This document shows, piece after piece, positions 55,896-64,000 of a stretch of 64,000 nt of DNA. Location of the stretch: assembly GCA_963790475.1 (NCBI GenBank), contig CAWBOS010000012.1, forward strand, positions 608,001 to 672,000. Direction: 5' to 3'. Each line of letters starts with the position of its first letter. The stretch's first letter is position 1. The notes under the pieces were generated by a model. The model was given only the letters and a program-made list of their open reading frames with translations, was not told where the DNA came from and did not search any database. Source of the DNA: an uncultured delta proteobacterium (GTDB lineage: Bacteria; Desulfobacterota; RBG-13-43-22). The translations under genes and the position numbers were made by a program.

Positions 55896-58544
55896 CTATC
55901 TCGACAATCTATCATCATTCATTTGCGGGTTCTTTAGCCATTTCCAAAGATTAATTATCCCAGATGGCTCAAGCAGGGTGTTCTTATACTGCAGCCAGGT
56001 CATCGGAGGTTTTATTTCACCGGGAAGTATTCCCTGGAAAAATTGGATAAAAGAATAGAAGGTTAAGGCAATGAAAAAAGTGCTTACAATAATAACGGAC
56101 CTTTTGACTATGGTCTTTTGCAAACTTCCGAAAAAGCAGGCCAGGGGCAGGACGAACATACCTAAGGTATCCACAAAAGCCCGGTGACCGAAGGACCATC
56201 CATAGTACCAGTTATACCAACTGGAGACGAGATATAAATGGAGTAAGAGGCAGACTATGATAGGCAACCGATATGATTTCAAAGGACCATTCATTTTCCA
56301 GAAGCCTAAAACTGAAAAGAACAATATAGGTGACCAGATGAAAAGCCCGTGATGCGGGTGGAAAAGGACTTTAATTATTTGAGGAGAAAGTAAAGAGAAT
56401 GTTTCAAAGTCATACATATATGTTTTAACCAAAAAATGATTGGTAGATATTTTCCAAATAATCATTTGGGGAAAGAAAACCAGGAAGATTACGACCAGCA
56501 AAAGGAAAACCTTATTCTTTATCTGCCATAAAAAGCCAACCCTCTCTTTCAGGGTAAGCCAACCGGTTATTCCATAAAGGGGCAGGAATGAGAGAAAGAT
56601 AAGATTAGGATTTCGAATCAATGGAATTAGTCCGGCCACGAGGCCTAAGAACAGGGTGTTAACACGAGAAGGATCGGCATACCAACGTGGTGTCAAATAA
56701 AGAAGTAAACAGATCAGGAAAAAGGAAGAGATGTGGCTGAGAGAAAGCTCAACCGTTGCGTAAGCCAGGAAATTGGTTCCCAAAAACAGGCTCAGAAGCG
56801 TGGCCGTGACCACTTTGGATGAAAAATATCTAATCAAAATCTTAAAAAGGAGAATCAATCCACAAACTGAATAGAAGATAGATGCCATATCAATGGCCCA
56901 TTGGTAACTCAAAGAAAAGCCATCGCTTGCAGATCCTATTAGAGGTGCAATAAGATGCCCCACAAGGAAAAATGGGAACTCCAAAATCGCCTGGCCTATG
57001 GTGTTTTGATTTAGATAACGTCCGGTAGCAGGATAGCGTCTAAAACCTTCCCCCATGTGCAGGTCTAATCCATCAGCAGGATAGTCATAGAGCCGCGTCG
57101 GAGAGTACAGGCTCTCCATGGACAGGTCGTGGTAAATAAGATATGAAGGTAGATAGGAATAAAAACCGAGACCATCACTCCAGATGGGGGGAACGGGGTG
57201 TTCGGTATGAAAAATTATGCTAAGGGCCAGAGAAAAGATGGCCACGGCCAGAAAAAAAATCGACCACAACCGGGTAGGGAAAAGCTTTCCAGGCCATCGG
57301 CGAAAATAAAACAGGCCTAACCACAGCAAGCTAAGCCCCAGGAACCCGAGGAAACAAAGGTACTCCCCCCAGGAAACCACTATCAACCAGGTAGCAATGT
57401 TTCCGAGTTCCAGGAAGGATAATTCATTCGCATTTAGGAGGGTATAATTGGTCTGGCCCGGCCCGGCTATTTCTATTCTGAGCCATCCCGGAGCGAGTTC
57501 ATTATTAAGCTGCAATTCCAGGAGGTGTGGGCCGGGCGTCAACCATTGCTTGGTCTCTCCCACATTATGGGGGCTGACACCTTTTAATGTGATAATAGGA
57601 CGGCTGTCAATTATAACTTTCCCATTATCATCGCAGGATAATTTTAATTTGTAGAGCCCATTCTTCGGCACTTGCCACACGGCATAGGCGGAAAGAGTGG
57701 AATCCGGTTTTTCCAAAAATAGAGAGGTGCCGTCCACCCTATAGGGAGAATTAGAATCCAAAAGAAGATGGTGTTTGTCCGGGAGTGCCTGGGGGAGGAT
57801 GATTAAATGCCAGATCAATGGCCAGATGGCAAAATGAAACAGAAAAAAGAAGAAACCTGCCCATAGAAGAAAATAGCTGGGAATGGGCTTTTTTTGCGCT
57901 GATGTTTTGGCGGCCCCCTGTCTAAGAGACTGCCTTACAGTATGTCGTCTGAAAAGAACTCGTATCCAGATTAGAATAAGCCCCAGGAACCCAAGAAGAC
58001 AAAGACCTCTCCCCCAGGAAACTACACCTGACCAGGTAGCGATGTTCCCGAGTTCCAAGTAGGATAATTCATTCGCATTTAGGGGGGTATAATTGGTCTG
58101 GCCCGGCTCGGCTACTTCTATTGTGAGCCATCCCTTGGCAAGGATATTGTTGAGGCGCAATTCTAAGAAATGTGGGCCGGGTGCCAACCATTGTTTGGTT
58201 TCTCCAACATTACTGGGACTGATGCCTATTAGGGTGATGACCGGATGCCCATCTATTGAAACTTTTCCGTTATCGTCGCAGGATAATTTTATATGGTAGA
58301 ATCCCTCCTTGGGGACTTGCCAGACGGCATAGGCTGAAAGAGAGGTGTTGGGTTTGTCTAAAAACAGAAAGGTATTATCAACTCTATAGGGAGAATAAGA
58401 CTCTATCCGCAGTTGGTGTTTGTCGGGCCGGGCGTGGGGAAGAACAATTAAATGCCAGACTATGGGCCAGATTGCCAAGTAGGTTAAGAAAAATATCAGG
58501 ACTCCTAACAAGAAATAAAAGGGAGCGGATATCAGTCTTCTCAT
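55896..58544 (-). CDS. Membrane protein with two TM-PA14-TM modules fused to a GT-C-like glycosyltransferase domain
   Basis: Two copies of WQVPKxGxYxxKLSCDDNG..GPHxLEL (PA14 DD motif); then WSDGLGFYSYLPSY..SHISSFF..LIRNPN..GLFIWSP..SFGHRAF. Confidence 0.78.
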   Translation of the reverse strand: MRRLISAPFYFLLGVLIFFLTYLAIWPIVWHLIVLPHARPDKHQLRIESYSPYRVDNTFLFLDKPNTSLSAYAVWQVPKEGFYHIKLSCDDNGKVSIDGHPVITLIGISPSNVGETKQWLAPGPHFLELRLNNILAKGWLTIEVAEPGQTNYTPLNANELSYLELGNIATWSGVVSWGRGLCLLGFLGLILIWIRVLFRRHTVRQSLRQGAAKTSAQKKPIPSYFLLWAGFFFFLFHFAIWPLIWHLIILPQALPDKHHLLLDSNSPYRVDGTSLFLEKPDSTLSAYAVWQVPKNGLYKLKLSCDDNGKVIIDSRPIITLKGVSPHNVGETKQWLTPGPHLLELQLNNELAPGWLRIEIAGPGQTNYTLLNANELSFLELGNIATWLIVVSWGEYLCFLGFLGLSLLWLGLFYFRRWPGKLFPTRLWSIFFLAVAIFSLALSIIFHTEHPVPPIWSDGLGFYSYLPSYLIYHDLSMESLYSPTRLYDYPADGLDLHMGEGFRRYPATGRYLNQNTIGQAILEFPFFLVGHLIAPLIGSASDGFSLSYQWAIDMASIFYSVCGLILLFKILIRYFSSKVVTATLLSLFLGTNFLAYATVELSLSHISSFFLICLLLYLTPRWYADPSRVNTLFLGLVAGLIPLIRNPNLIFLSFLPLYGITGWLTLKERVGFLWQIKNKVFLLLVVIFLVFFPQMIIWKISTNHFLVKTYMYDFETFSLLSPQIIKVLFHPHHGLFIWSPILFFSVLGFWKMNGPLKSYRLPIIVCLLLHLYLVSSWYNWYYGWSFGHRAFVDTLGMFVLPLACFFGSLQKTIVKRSVIIVSTFFIALTFYSFIQFFQGILPGEIKPPMTWLQYKNTLLEPSGIINLWKWLKNPQMNDDRLSR
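57333..58478. repeat. Diverged intragenic tandem duplication, about 500-bp units at a 645-bp period (57333-57833 and 57978-58478)
   Basis: Shared DNA such as GGTATAATTGGTCTGGCCCGGC, GGATAATTCATTCGCATTTAGG and AAGCCCCAGGAACCC at a 645-bp offset. Confidence 0.92.
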
Positions 58545-58678
58545 GGTGAGACCTTTGAATTAACGGTTTAGAGATCAGAGATTTCTACGATCCGAAAATT
58601 TAAAATTATTAATAAGGAAGATTAAAGCACCAGCTCTAAGGTGCGAGCCTCAAAAGGCTCTGCCTGCCAGGCCTGATA

Positions 58679-58729
58679 AAATCTCCTTCCCGAGGGCCTC
58701 GAGGTAGGGGTAGGTCGGGAAGGAGATTT
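58679..58729 (+). promoter_or_regulatory. 15-bp stem-loop sequestering the tnpA ribosome-binding site
   Basis: AAATCTCCTTCCCGA (58679-58693) pairs with TCGGGAAGGAGATTT (58715-58729), which contains AAGGAG; a known IS200 feature. Confidence 0.7.
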
Positions 58730-58731
58730 AT

Positions 58732-59148
58732 GTGAAAGACCGTAAAAGAATAGCACATGTGAAATGGGAGTGCAAATATCATATTGTCTGGGTTTGCAGA
58801 TATTGTCGGAAGGTTTTATACGGGAAAGTCAGGAAAACATTAGGAGAGATTGTTATGGATTTATGCCGGCAGAAAGGGATTCAGGTGATCGAAGGACATG
58901 AATTGATCGATCATCTCCGGCTATGTTTAAGCTTTTCGCCCCAATACGGTATTTCAGATAGGTCAGAATTTTTTAAAGGGAAGGGTGCTATTTGGGCACA
59001 TCGGGAGTTTGTAGGCCAGGGGAGGATCGGAAAACATTTTGGGGTAGGCGGGTATTAGGTGAGTGCCATCGGCTATGATGAGAGGCAGGTACGAGAGTAC
59101 ACTCGGAATCAGGAAAAGCTTGATAAAGAACTGCCGGAGTTAGCTTAG
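58732..59148 (+). pseudogene. tnpA: IS200/IS605 Y1 transposase, inactivated
   Basis: HVKWECKYHIVW; HUH motif decayed to DHLR; in-frame TAG at 59056-59058 followed by VSAIGYDERQVREYTRNQE. Confidence 0.85.
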
Positions 59149-59299
59149 CATTAGAGTAAACCGAGGCTCCTTCCAGGAGCCCTATGCAAGCCGCTGGCTC
59201 CATCAGTGGTTATGACTCAACTGGTTCTTTAAATCAACCAGTCTCGGTCCCTTGCCCCCCTTCACTTTTAGATAAGGGCTTATTTTTCAAGAATAATTA

Positions 59300-59346
59300 A
59301 TGTATGTTATTATTTAGTTGACATACATATATATTCATGGTAGGCT
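59300..59346 (+). promoter_or_regulatory. IS-internal promoter TTGACA-N17-TAGGCT overlapped by inverted repeat ATGTATGTTA-N9-TGACATACAT
   Basis: -35 at 59318-59323 and -10 at 59341-59346; 9/10 inverted repeat at 59300-59309 and 59319-59328. Confidence 0.6.
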
Positions 59347-59375
59347 CTGGCTCAATTGAACTCAGGAGGGTGCCC

Positions 59376-59705
59376 ATGGAAAATAAACTGCCCGAAGAAT
59401 TCCTTTCCTTTTTTGAGTCCATATTGTCAGCCCAACTTCGTGTAGTTCGCCAATTCAAGAATCCAAAATCCGGAAAGACTAAGCTCAACCAGGGGCAAGG
59501 TATGTCTAATATCTATATGGCCATAGACATACTTCAAAAGGCCAAACAACCTCTTCATATCTCCGAAATCATTAATCAGGTTAAAGCCAAACACGGCGTA
59601 ACGCTGGATCGTGAATCTTTGGTCAGCGCTTTGGTTAAAAAAGTCCACCAGAACCAGGGGTTGATACGTACGGCCCCCAACACCTTTCAGGTATCGAGTA
59701 AGTGA
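59376..59705 (+). CDS. Small winged-helix (HARE-HTH-like) protein inside the IS
   Basis: RBS AGGAGG before ATG 59376; AIDILQKAKQPLHISEII..RESLVSAL..IRTAPNTF; its stop overlaps the transposase start (GTGA). Confidence 0.75.
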   Translation: MENKLPEEFLSFFESILSAQLRVVRQFKNPKSGKTKLNQGQGMSNIYMAIDILQKAKQPLHISEIINQVKAKHGVTLDRESLVSALVKKVHQNQGLIRTAPNTFQVSSK

Positions 59706-60901
59706 TCCATAAAGCCTCTAATCGGGAACGTATTGTCCACGATGAGTTGCTCCTGAAACTCTGTACCCTTCTATTGACCTATCAAGGGATTATTCGGATC
59801 TCTATTCTTAAAAATATTGCCTTGGTTACCTATGCGATCTTGACCCTTTTTAGCGGGGCACGAGGTTCTAATGGCTGGCTTTCCAAAGCCGCTTTAGCCC
59901 GATGCTTACCCTTAGACCTGGGCCCCAAAACCCGAGAGCAGCGACTCTACCGATTTTTAGCCAATCCGAGATTTACTCCGGAAGTCATGATCCCCCTGTT
60001 GGTGGCCTTGGCCAATGGAACCCATCTCCCCGGACCGATCCCTCTCATCCTGGATCAGACCTCTATCCGGGGCATTCCCACCTTGCTGATCGGTTTGGTC
60101 TTTGAGGGGCGGGTGATACCCGTAGCTTTTTCTTGCTTCACTTATTCTCGTATTCAAAAAAGCCAAAACATCTTGGAACACGCCTTGATCTTAGCGGTTA
60201 TGAGCTGTTTCCCGGCTAAGCAGCGCCCCTGGCTGATTATGGACCGGGGCTACGCTCGCATTGGTCTCTTAATGAAACTGGGCTTGGAGGGAATCCCTTT
60301 CCTGGTTCGAGCCCAAAAAAATGTCCTGGTTTACCGAAAAGGGGAACCTATCGCCCTCGGGCGGCTCTCGGTCAAACCCGGTCAGATCCAACGCTACTCG
60401 ATCCGCTATCATTCTAAAGAAAAGGAACCGCTGGATCTAATCATCTTTTATGGGAAAGGCTATCAAGAACCTTGGTATCTCCTGGTTCCGGCCAATACGC
60501 CCGAGTCTGCGGAAGAAATCGTCGCCCTCTACGCCAAACGCATGTCTATTGAACAAGGCTTCCGGGATTGGAAAACCCACCTGGGTATCCGGGGCATGGT
60601 TTTTGTTCATGATAATCCCGCTCCGCGCCTTACTCGTTTACTCTTGGCCTTCTCTCTCAGTTATTTGCTTTGTCTGGCTTTGGGTAGTACCGCCGACAGC
60701 CAACTCGTAAGGGCTTTTGTGGAAATCCCCAGGCGAACGGCTCGGCATGGCACCACTCGAACACTCTCCGTCCTTTCTATTGGCATCTTAAAACTTTCCT
60801 TGCCTAAGTTCGCCTCCCAGGCCCGCTTACAAGTCTTAGCCGTTATTCAACAGCTTCTTTCTGGCCAAGGGTTGATCGCTGCCATCGTATCTCCCCCTTA
60901 A
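59702..60901 (+). CDS. IS4-family DDE transposase
   Basis: LILDQT (D), MDRGY (D) and YAKRMSIEQGFRDWK (YREK signature). Confidence 0.9.
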   Translation: MIHKASNRERIVHDELLLKLCTLLLTYQGIIRISILKNIALVTYAILTLFSGARGSNGWLSKAALARCLPLDLGPKTREQRLYRFLANPRFTPEVMIPLLVALANGTHLPGPIPLILDQTSIRGIPTLLIGLVFEGRVIPVAFSCFTYSRIQKSQNILEHALILAVMSCFPAKQRPWLIMDRGYARIGLLMKLGLEGIPFLVRAQKNVLVYRKGEPIALGRLSVKPGQIQRYSIRYHSKEKEPLDLIIFYGKGYQEPWYLLVPANTPESAEEIVALYAKRMSIEQGFRDWKTHLGIRGMVFVHDNPAPRLTRLLLAFSLSYLLCLALGSTADSQLVRAFVEIPRRTARHGTTRTLSVLSIGILKLSLPKFASQARLQVLAVIQQLLSGQGLIAAIVSPP

Positions 60902-61318
60902 ACCTTTCCCCCTATGGTTACCCCGATTCATCTTCCTAATTTTCTTAAAACCTCAGGGGATAGCTTTTTCTCTCGGTCTGGTATTCTCCCTAATACAGGT
61001 TCTCATTCCCCCTCCCTCGTCTTCCCGTTCTTAATAAATTAACCGACTTCCCTTTAAATCCTCTCCTTTGGGCCTTCCTCCTTTCTTCTCGCTTTCGTCC
61101 TTTTCATCTTCCCACCTCTTCTCTCCCTTCCCCTTATCTAAAAGTGAAGGGGGGCAAGGTCTCGGTCCCCTGCCCATGAAAGGGATGGCCCTTGATTAGG
61201 TAAGCTATGGATTTTGGATAAACAAGAAATCCCCTATTTTTTTATTGAAATGGGATTCAAAAAAACCTATAACGTAATTCAAGTCTCACCGAAGATTGAA
61301 ATGAATTAAGAAGAATCA

Positions 61319-61600
61319 ATGAAACATCGCTGTTTTTTGGGCTTTATCCTTGTTGTTTTCTTATTAACAATCTCTTCTTGAAGCCAAAGAGAAAAAAATC
61401 ACGTGAAAAAACCGTGCATCGGGGAGATATCAATCATAATAAATACGCTTGGAATAGGAAAGAATAGTATTATTAGGTTGTTCCTGGACCAGCGACATAC
61501 GGAGTTTGGCCGGTCAAGGGAATAAACTCGAAGATTTCCCGAACAACGGATACCGTTGTATTCACGGTGTTGATGACGCTTACCGGTTTATTTAAGTCTG
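61319..61600 (+). pseudogene. Decayed lipoprotein gene
   Basis: MKHRCFLGFILVVFLLTISS*SQ: a signal peptide with TGA where the lipobox Cys is expected; downstream frames are broken and the 3' limit is uncertain. Confidence 0.4.
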
Positions 61601-61838
61601 GGGGGGATTACACCCTAATAAAAATTGTGCGGTTAATCTCGATTGGTGGTACCATTGATCCCTGGCCAGTTGGATTTATCGGCTTATCAATAATGACGGG
61701 GCACCGTGGTTTCGGATTCCTTGATCCTCCGTTTGGGTGTTAGAATTTCTTTTAAGGGGATATTCTTAGAAAGTTCACAAAATAAGCTTGAACCCATTTT
61801 TTTCTCCTTCTAAGATTTTTTTAAGCTAAAGTAAACAC

Positions 61839-62999
61839 ATGAGGGAATCAGCACCAAGCACTTATCATGATCTAATTGTTATTGGTGGAGGATTCTATGG
61901 CTGTTGTTTAGCCATTTTCCTGAGCGATTATTATCCGGATGTGGTGCTTCTCGAGAAAGGGGCCGATCTCCTGACTCGTGCTTCATACGTCAACCAAGCA
62001 CGGGTCCATGGCGGATATCACTATCCTCGAAGTTTTATAACCGCCTTGCGTTCATTGGTCAATATGCCTCGCTTTTGTCTCGACTTCAGAGAATGTATTG
62101 TGGACCGATTCGATAAGGTTTATGCCGTTGCCCGCAATCTTTCCAAGGTTAATGCCTTTCAATTCCGCAAATTTTGCGAAAGGATTGGGGCCCCTATCAA
62201 GTTGGCACCTAAGTCGGTTCGCCGTCTGTTCAATGAAGCCATGATTGAAGAGGTCTTTTATGTTAAAGAGCATGCCTTTGATGCCCTCAAGTTGCGCCAG
62301 CTATTGAAAAAGCGGTTACAACGAAGCGGAGTTAAGGTCTACCTGAATAGTGTTGTCCAAAAAGTCCGCCTTTTAGGAGATGATCTGGTGGAATTGAAGT
62401 TGGAGGACGGTACTGCTTGGTCGACTCAGCAAGTATTTAATTGTACCTATTCGAACATCAATACACTTTTGCATTGTTCCGGCCTTTCGCTTTTGCCCAT
62501 GAAGCATGAGGTGACTGAAATTGCCTTGATAGATGTGCCGGAGGAATTGGAAAACTTGGGCATTACCGTGATGGACGGTCCTTTTTTTTCAGCTATGCCT
62601 TTCCCGCCCCGAAAGGTTCATAGTTTAAGTCATGTCCGCTATACCCCGCATGAAAGTTGGTTCGATGAAAAGGATTTTAAAGAAGCCTACGGCTATTTGG
62701 AAGATTTGCCGATTCGTTCCAACTATCCGTTAATGTGGAAAGATGCCCAACGGTATGTGCCCAGTCTCTCGAAGGCCCGATATCTGGGTTCGTTATATGA
62801 AATTAAAAGCGTTCTGGCGGGAAATGAAGTCGATGACGGCCGACCTATCCTAATGCGAACGCATTCCGATTTAAAAAACTTGACTACCATCATGGGGGGA
62901 AAGATTGACAACATTTACGATGTGTTGCAGGCCTTGCAACGTTTAGACCATTATTCCCGGAAAAGAGAAACACACAGATCCCCAGGACAGGTATCTTAA
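61839..62999 (+). CDS. FAD-dependent oxidoreductase (DAO-like, glycan-locus associated)
   Basis: IGGGFYG, ASYVNQARVHGGYHYPRS, TVMDGPF and GGKID motifs. Confidence 0.88.
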   Translation: MRESAPSTYHDLIVIGGGFYGCCLAIFLSDYYPDVVLLEKGADLLTRASYVNQARVHGGYHYPRSFITALRSLVNMPRFCLDFRECIVDRFDKVYAVARNLSKVNAFQFRKFCERIGAPIKLAPKSVRRLFNEAMIEEVFYVKEHAFDALKLRQLLKKRLQRSGVKVYLNSVVQKVRLLGDDLVELKLEDGTAWSTQQVFNCTYSNINTLLHCSGLSLLPMKHEVTEIALIDVPEELENLGITVMDGPFFSAMPFPPRKVHSLSHVRYTPHESWFDEKDFKEAYGYLEDLPIRSNYPLMWKDAQRYVPSLSKARYLGSLYEIKSVLAGNEVDDGRPILMRTHSDLKNLTTIMGGKIDNIYDVLQALQRLDHYSRKRETHRSPGQVS

Positions 63000-63991
63000 T
63001 GAAACGTTTTTCAGATATTTTTGTATCGGTTTTAATCGTCGTTAACAATAACGCTGATCTGATCGAAGGCTTTATTGCCGAGACCAGCAAAGTGCTGGTT
63101 GATTTTTTTGAATACTATGAACTACTGATTGTGGATAACGGCTCCATTGATGAAAGTTCCGATAAGATCCAGGCCCTCCAAAAAAAAATCCCCAATATCC
63201 GTCTGCTCCGTTTGTCACGGGTTTATGAAAAAGAAATCGCCATAGCAGCCTCTTTGGATAACAGTATCGGCGATTATGTGATCATCATGGATGTACATTG
63301 TGATCCGCCAGACTTGATCCCCCAGATGATCCAACTGGCCATTTCAGGATACGACGTAGTCATTGCCGAACAGACCGATCGAGGTCAGGATTCCTGGATA
63401 GAAACCTCCCTGAGGAAGGTTTTCTACAAACTGGCCAGCCGTATCTTGGGACAAGCCTTGCAACCCCAGGCTTCCTATTATCGGGTCCTCAGCCGCCGGG
63501 TGGTGAACTCTCTGACTCAGATCAAAAACAAAAGCCGATATTTTAAATATTTTATTGCCATGGTGGGCTTTCGTCAAGTTCATGTCCCGTACCAACGGGT
63601 CTATCGCTGTTCCCAACAGACCGGGAAATACACCTTTTTTCAATCGGCAGGCATTGCCCTGGATATCATTTTGTCCAATTCGGCCCGTCCGTTACGATGG
63701 GCCGCTCGGCTGGGTCTGGTAGCCAGCTTTATCAATCTGGCTTATTTCGGCTATATTTTCGTGGTCACCCTGGTCAAACAAAACATCGCCGAAGGTTGGT
63801 TGACCACTAACGTGATGACTACTTTGATGTTTTTTTTCCTCTTCCTAATCTTGATTGTTTTATCGGAATACGTTGCCCGTATCCTGGAAGAAACCAAAGA
63901 CCGCCCTCTATATTTTATTGATTATGAAATGGATAGTCCAGTTATGTCCTATAAACAAGAAACGACCAATGATCGTCTGAATGTGGTTTAA
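62999..63991 (+). CDS. GT2 polyprenyl-phosphate glycosyltransferase (GtrB/ArnC-like) with two C-terminal TM helices
   Basis: LIVDNGSID, LRLSR, MDVHCDPP, YRVLSRRVV and SEYVARILEETKDRPLY motifs; coupled to the upstream gene (TAATG). Confidence 0.9.
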   Translation: MKRFSDIFVSVLIVVNNNADLIEGFIAETSKVLVDFFEYYELLIVDNGSIDESSDKIQALQKKIPNIRLLRLSRVYEKEIAIAASLDNSIGDYVIIMDVHCDPPDLIPQMIQLAISGYDVVIAEQTDRGQDSWIETSLRKVFYKLASRILGQALQPQASYYRVLSRRVVNSLTQIKNKSRYFKYFIAMVGFRQVHVPYQRVYRCSQQTGKYTFFQSAGIALDIILSNSARPLRWAARLGLVASFINLAYFGYIFVVTLVKQNIAEGWLTTNVMTTLMFFFLFLILIVLSEYVARILEETKDRPLYFIDYEMDSPVMSYKQETTNDRLNVV

Positions 63992-64000
63992 CTGAGTGCG

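Larger units (their letters stand above)
58625..59218 (+). mobile_element. Degenerate IS200/IS605-family element (tnpA only)
   Basis: Subterminal hairpins at both ends and a Y1 transposase pseudogene; no tnpB. Confidence 0.8.
59251..61158 (+). mobile_element. Complete IS4-family element, 1908 bp, two ORFs
   Basis: Perfect 28-bp IRs CTTGCCCCCCTTCACTTTTAGATAAGGG (59251-59278, inverted at 61131-61158); 10-bp TSD GTCTCGGTCC at 59241-59250 and 61159-61168. Confidence 0.93.

Noticed and set aside
57333-58478. Diverged repeat pair as a diversity-generating retroelement TR/VR
   Set aside because: Both copies are in-frame coding modules, differences are not confined to adenines, and no reverse transcriptase is present.
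59149-59250. TnpB/omega-RNA system associated with the IS200 element
   Set aside because: No tnpB or iscB ORF; the right-end hairpin follows tnpA directly.
44878-61381. In-frame TGA/TAG codons (44878, 55724, 59056, 61379) as selenocysteine, pyrrolysine or an alternative genetic code
   Set aside because: TGA and TAG end many intact genes here, and the affected genes carry other lesions (frameshifts, a lost HUH His), so ordinary pseudogenisation is the simpler reading.

Overview
A 64-kb accessory-type region, probably from an anaerobic Desulfobacterota/deltaproteobacterium (inferred from gene content, not proven). Left half (1-36 kb): a mosaic of acyl-CoA/redox enzymes, signalling proteins, a two-gene polysaccharide module, an IS1182/IS5-like element with a 4-bp target duplication, and many gene remnants. 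Right half (36.3-64 kb): a roughly 22-kb, mostly minus-strand envelope-glycosylation locus. It holds four paralogous GT-C-fold membrane glycosyltransferases with discoidin (F5/8 type C) domains (one disrupted), a GT-C with a tandemly duplicated PA14 module, an AZOBR_p60025-like GT-C, a GH99-like lipoprotein, a methyltransferase and a decayed GT-C gene. It is followed by IS200 relics, a complete two-ORF IS4-family element (winged-helix ORF plus transposase, 28-bp perfect IRs, 10-bp TSD) and a FAD-oxidoreductase/GT2 pair. The best candidates for undescribed biology are the multi-GT-C/lectin-domain/GH99 system, the apparently autoregulated wHTH-IS4 element, a priming sugar transferase fused to a degenerate GGDEF domain that keeps its RxxD site, and a sensor kinase with a degenerate ATP pocket. 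I recognised no rRNA, tRNA or CRISPR array. All family calls come from manual motif recognition; no searches were run.
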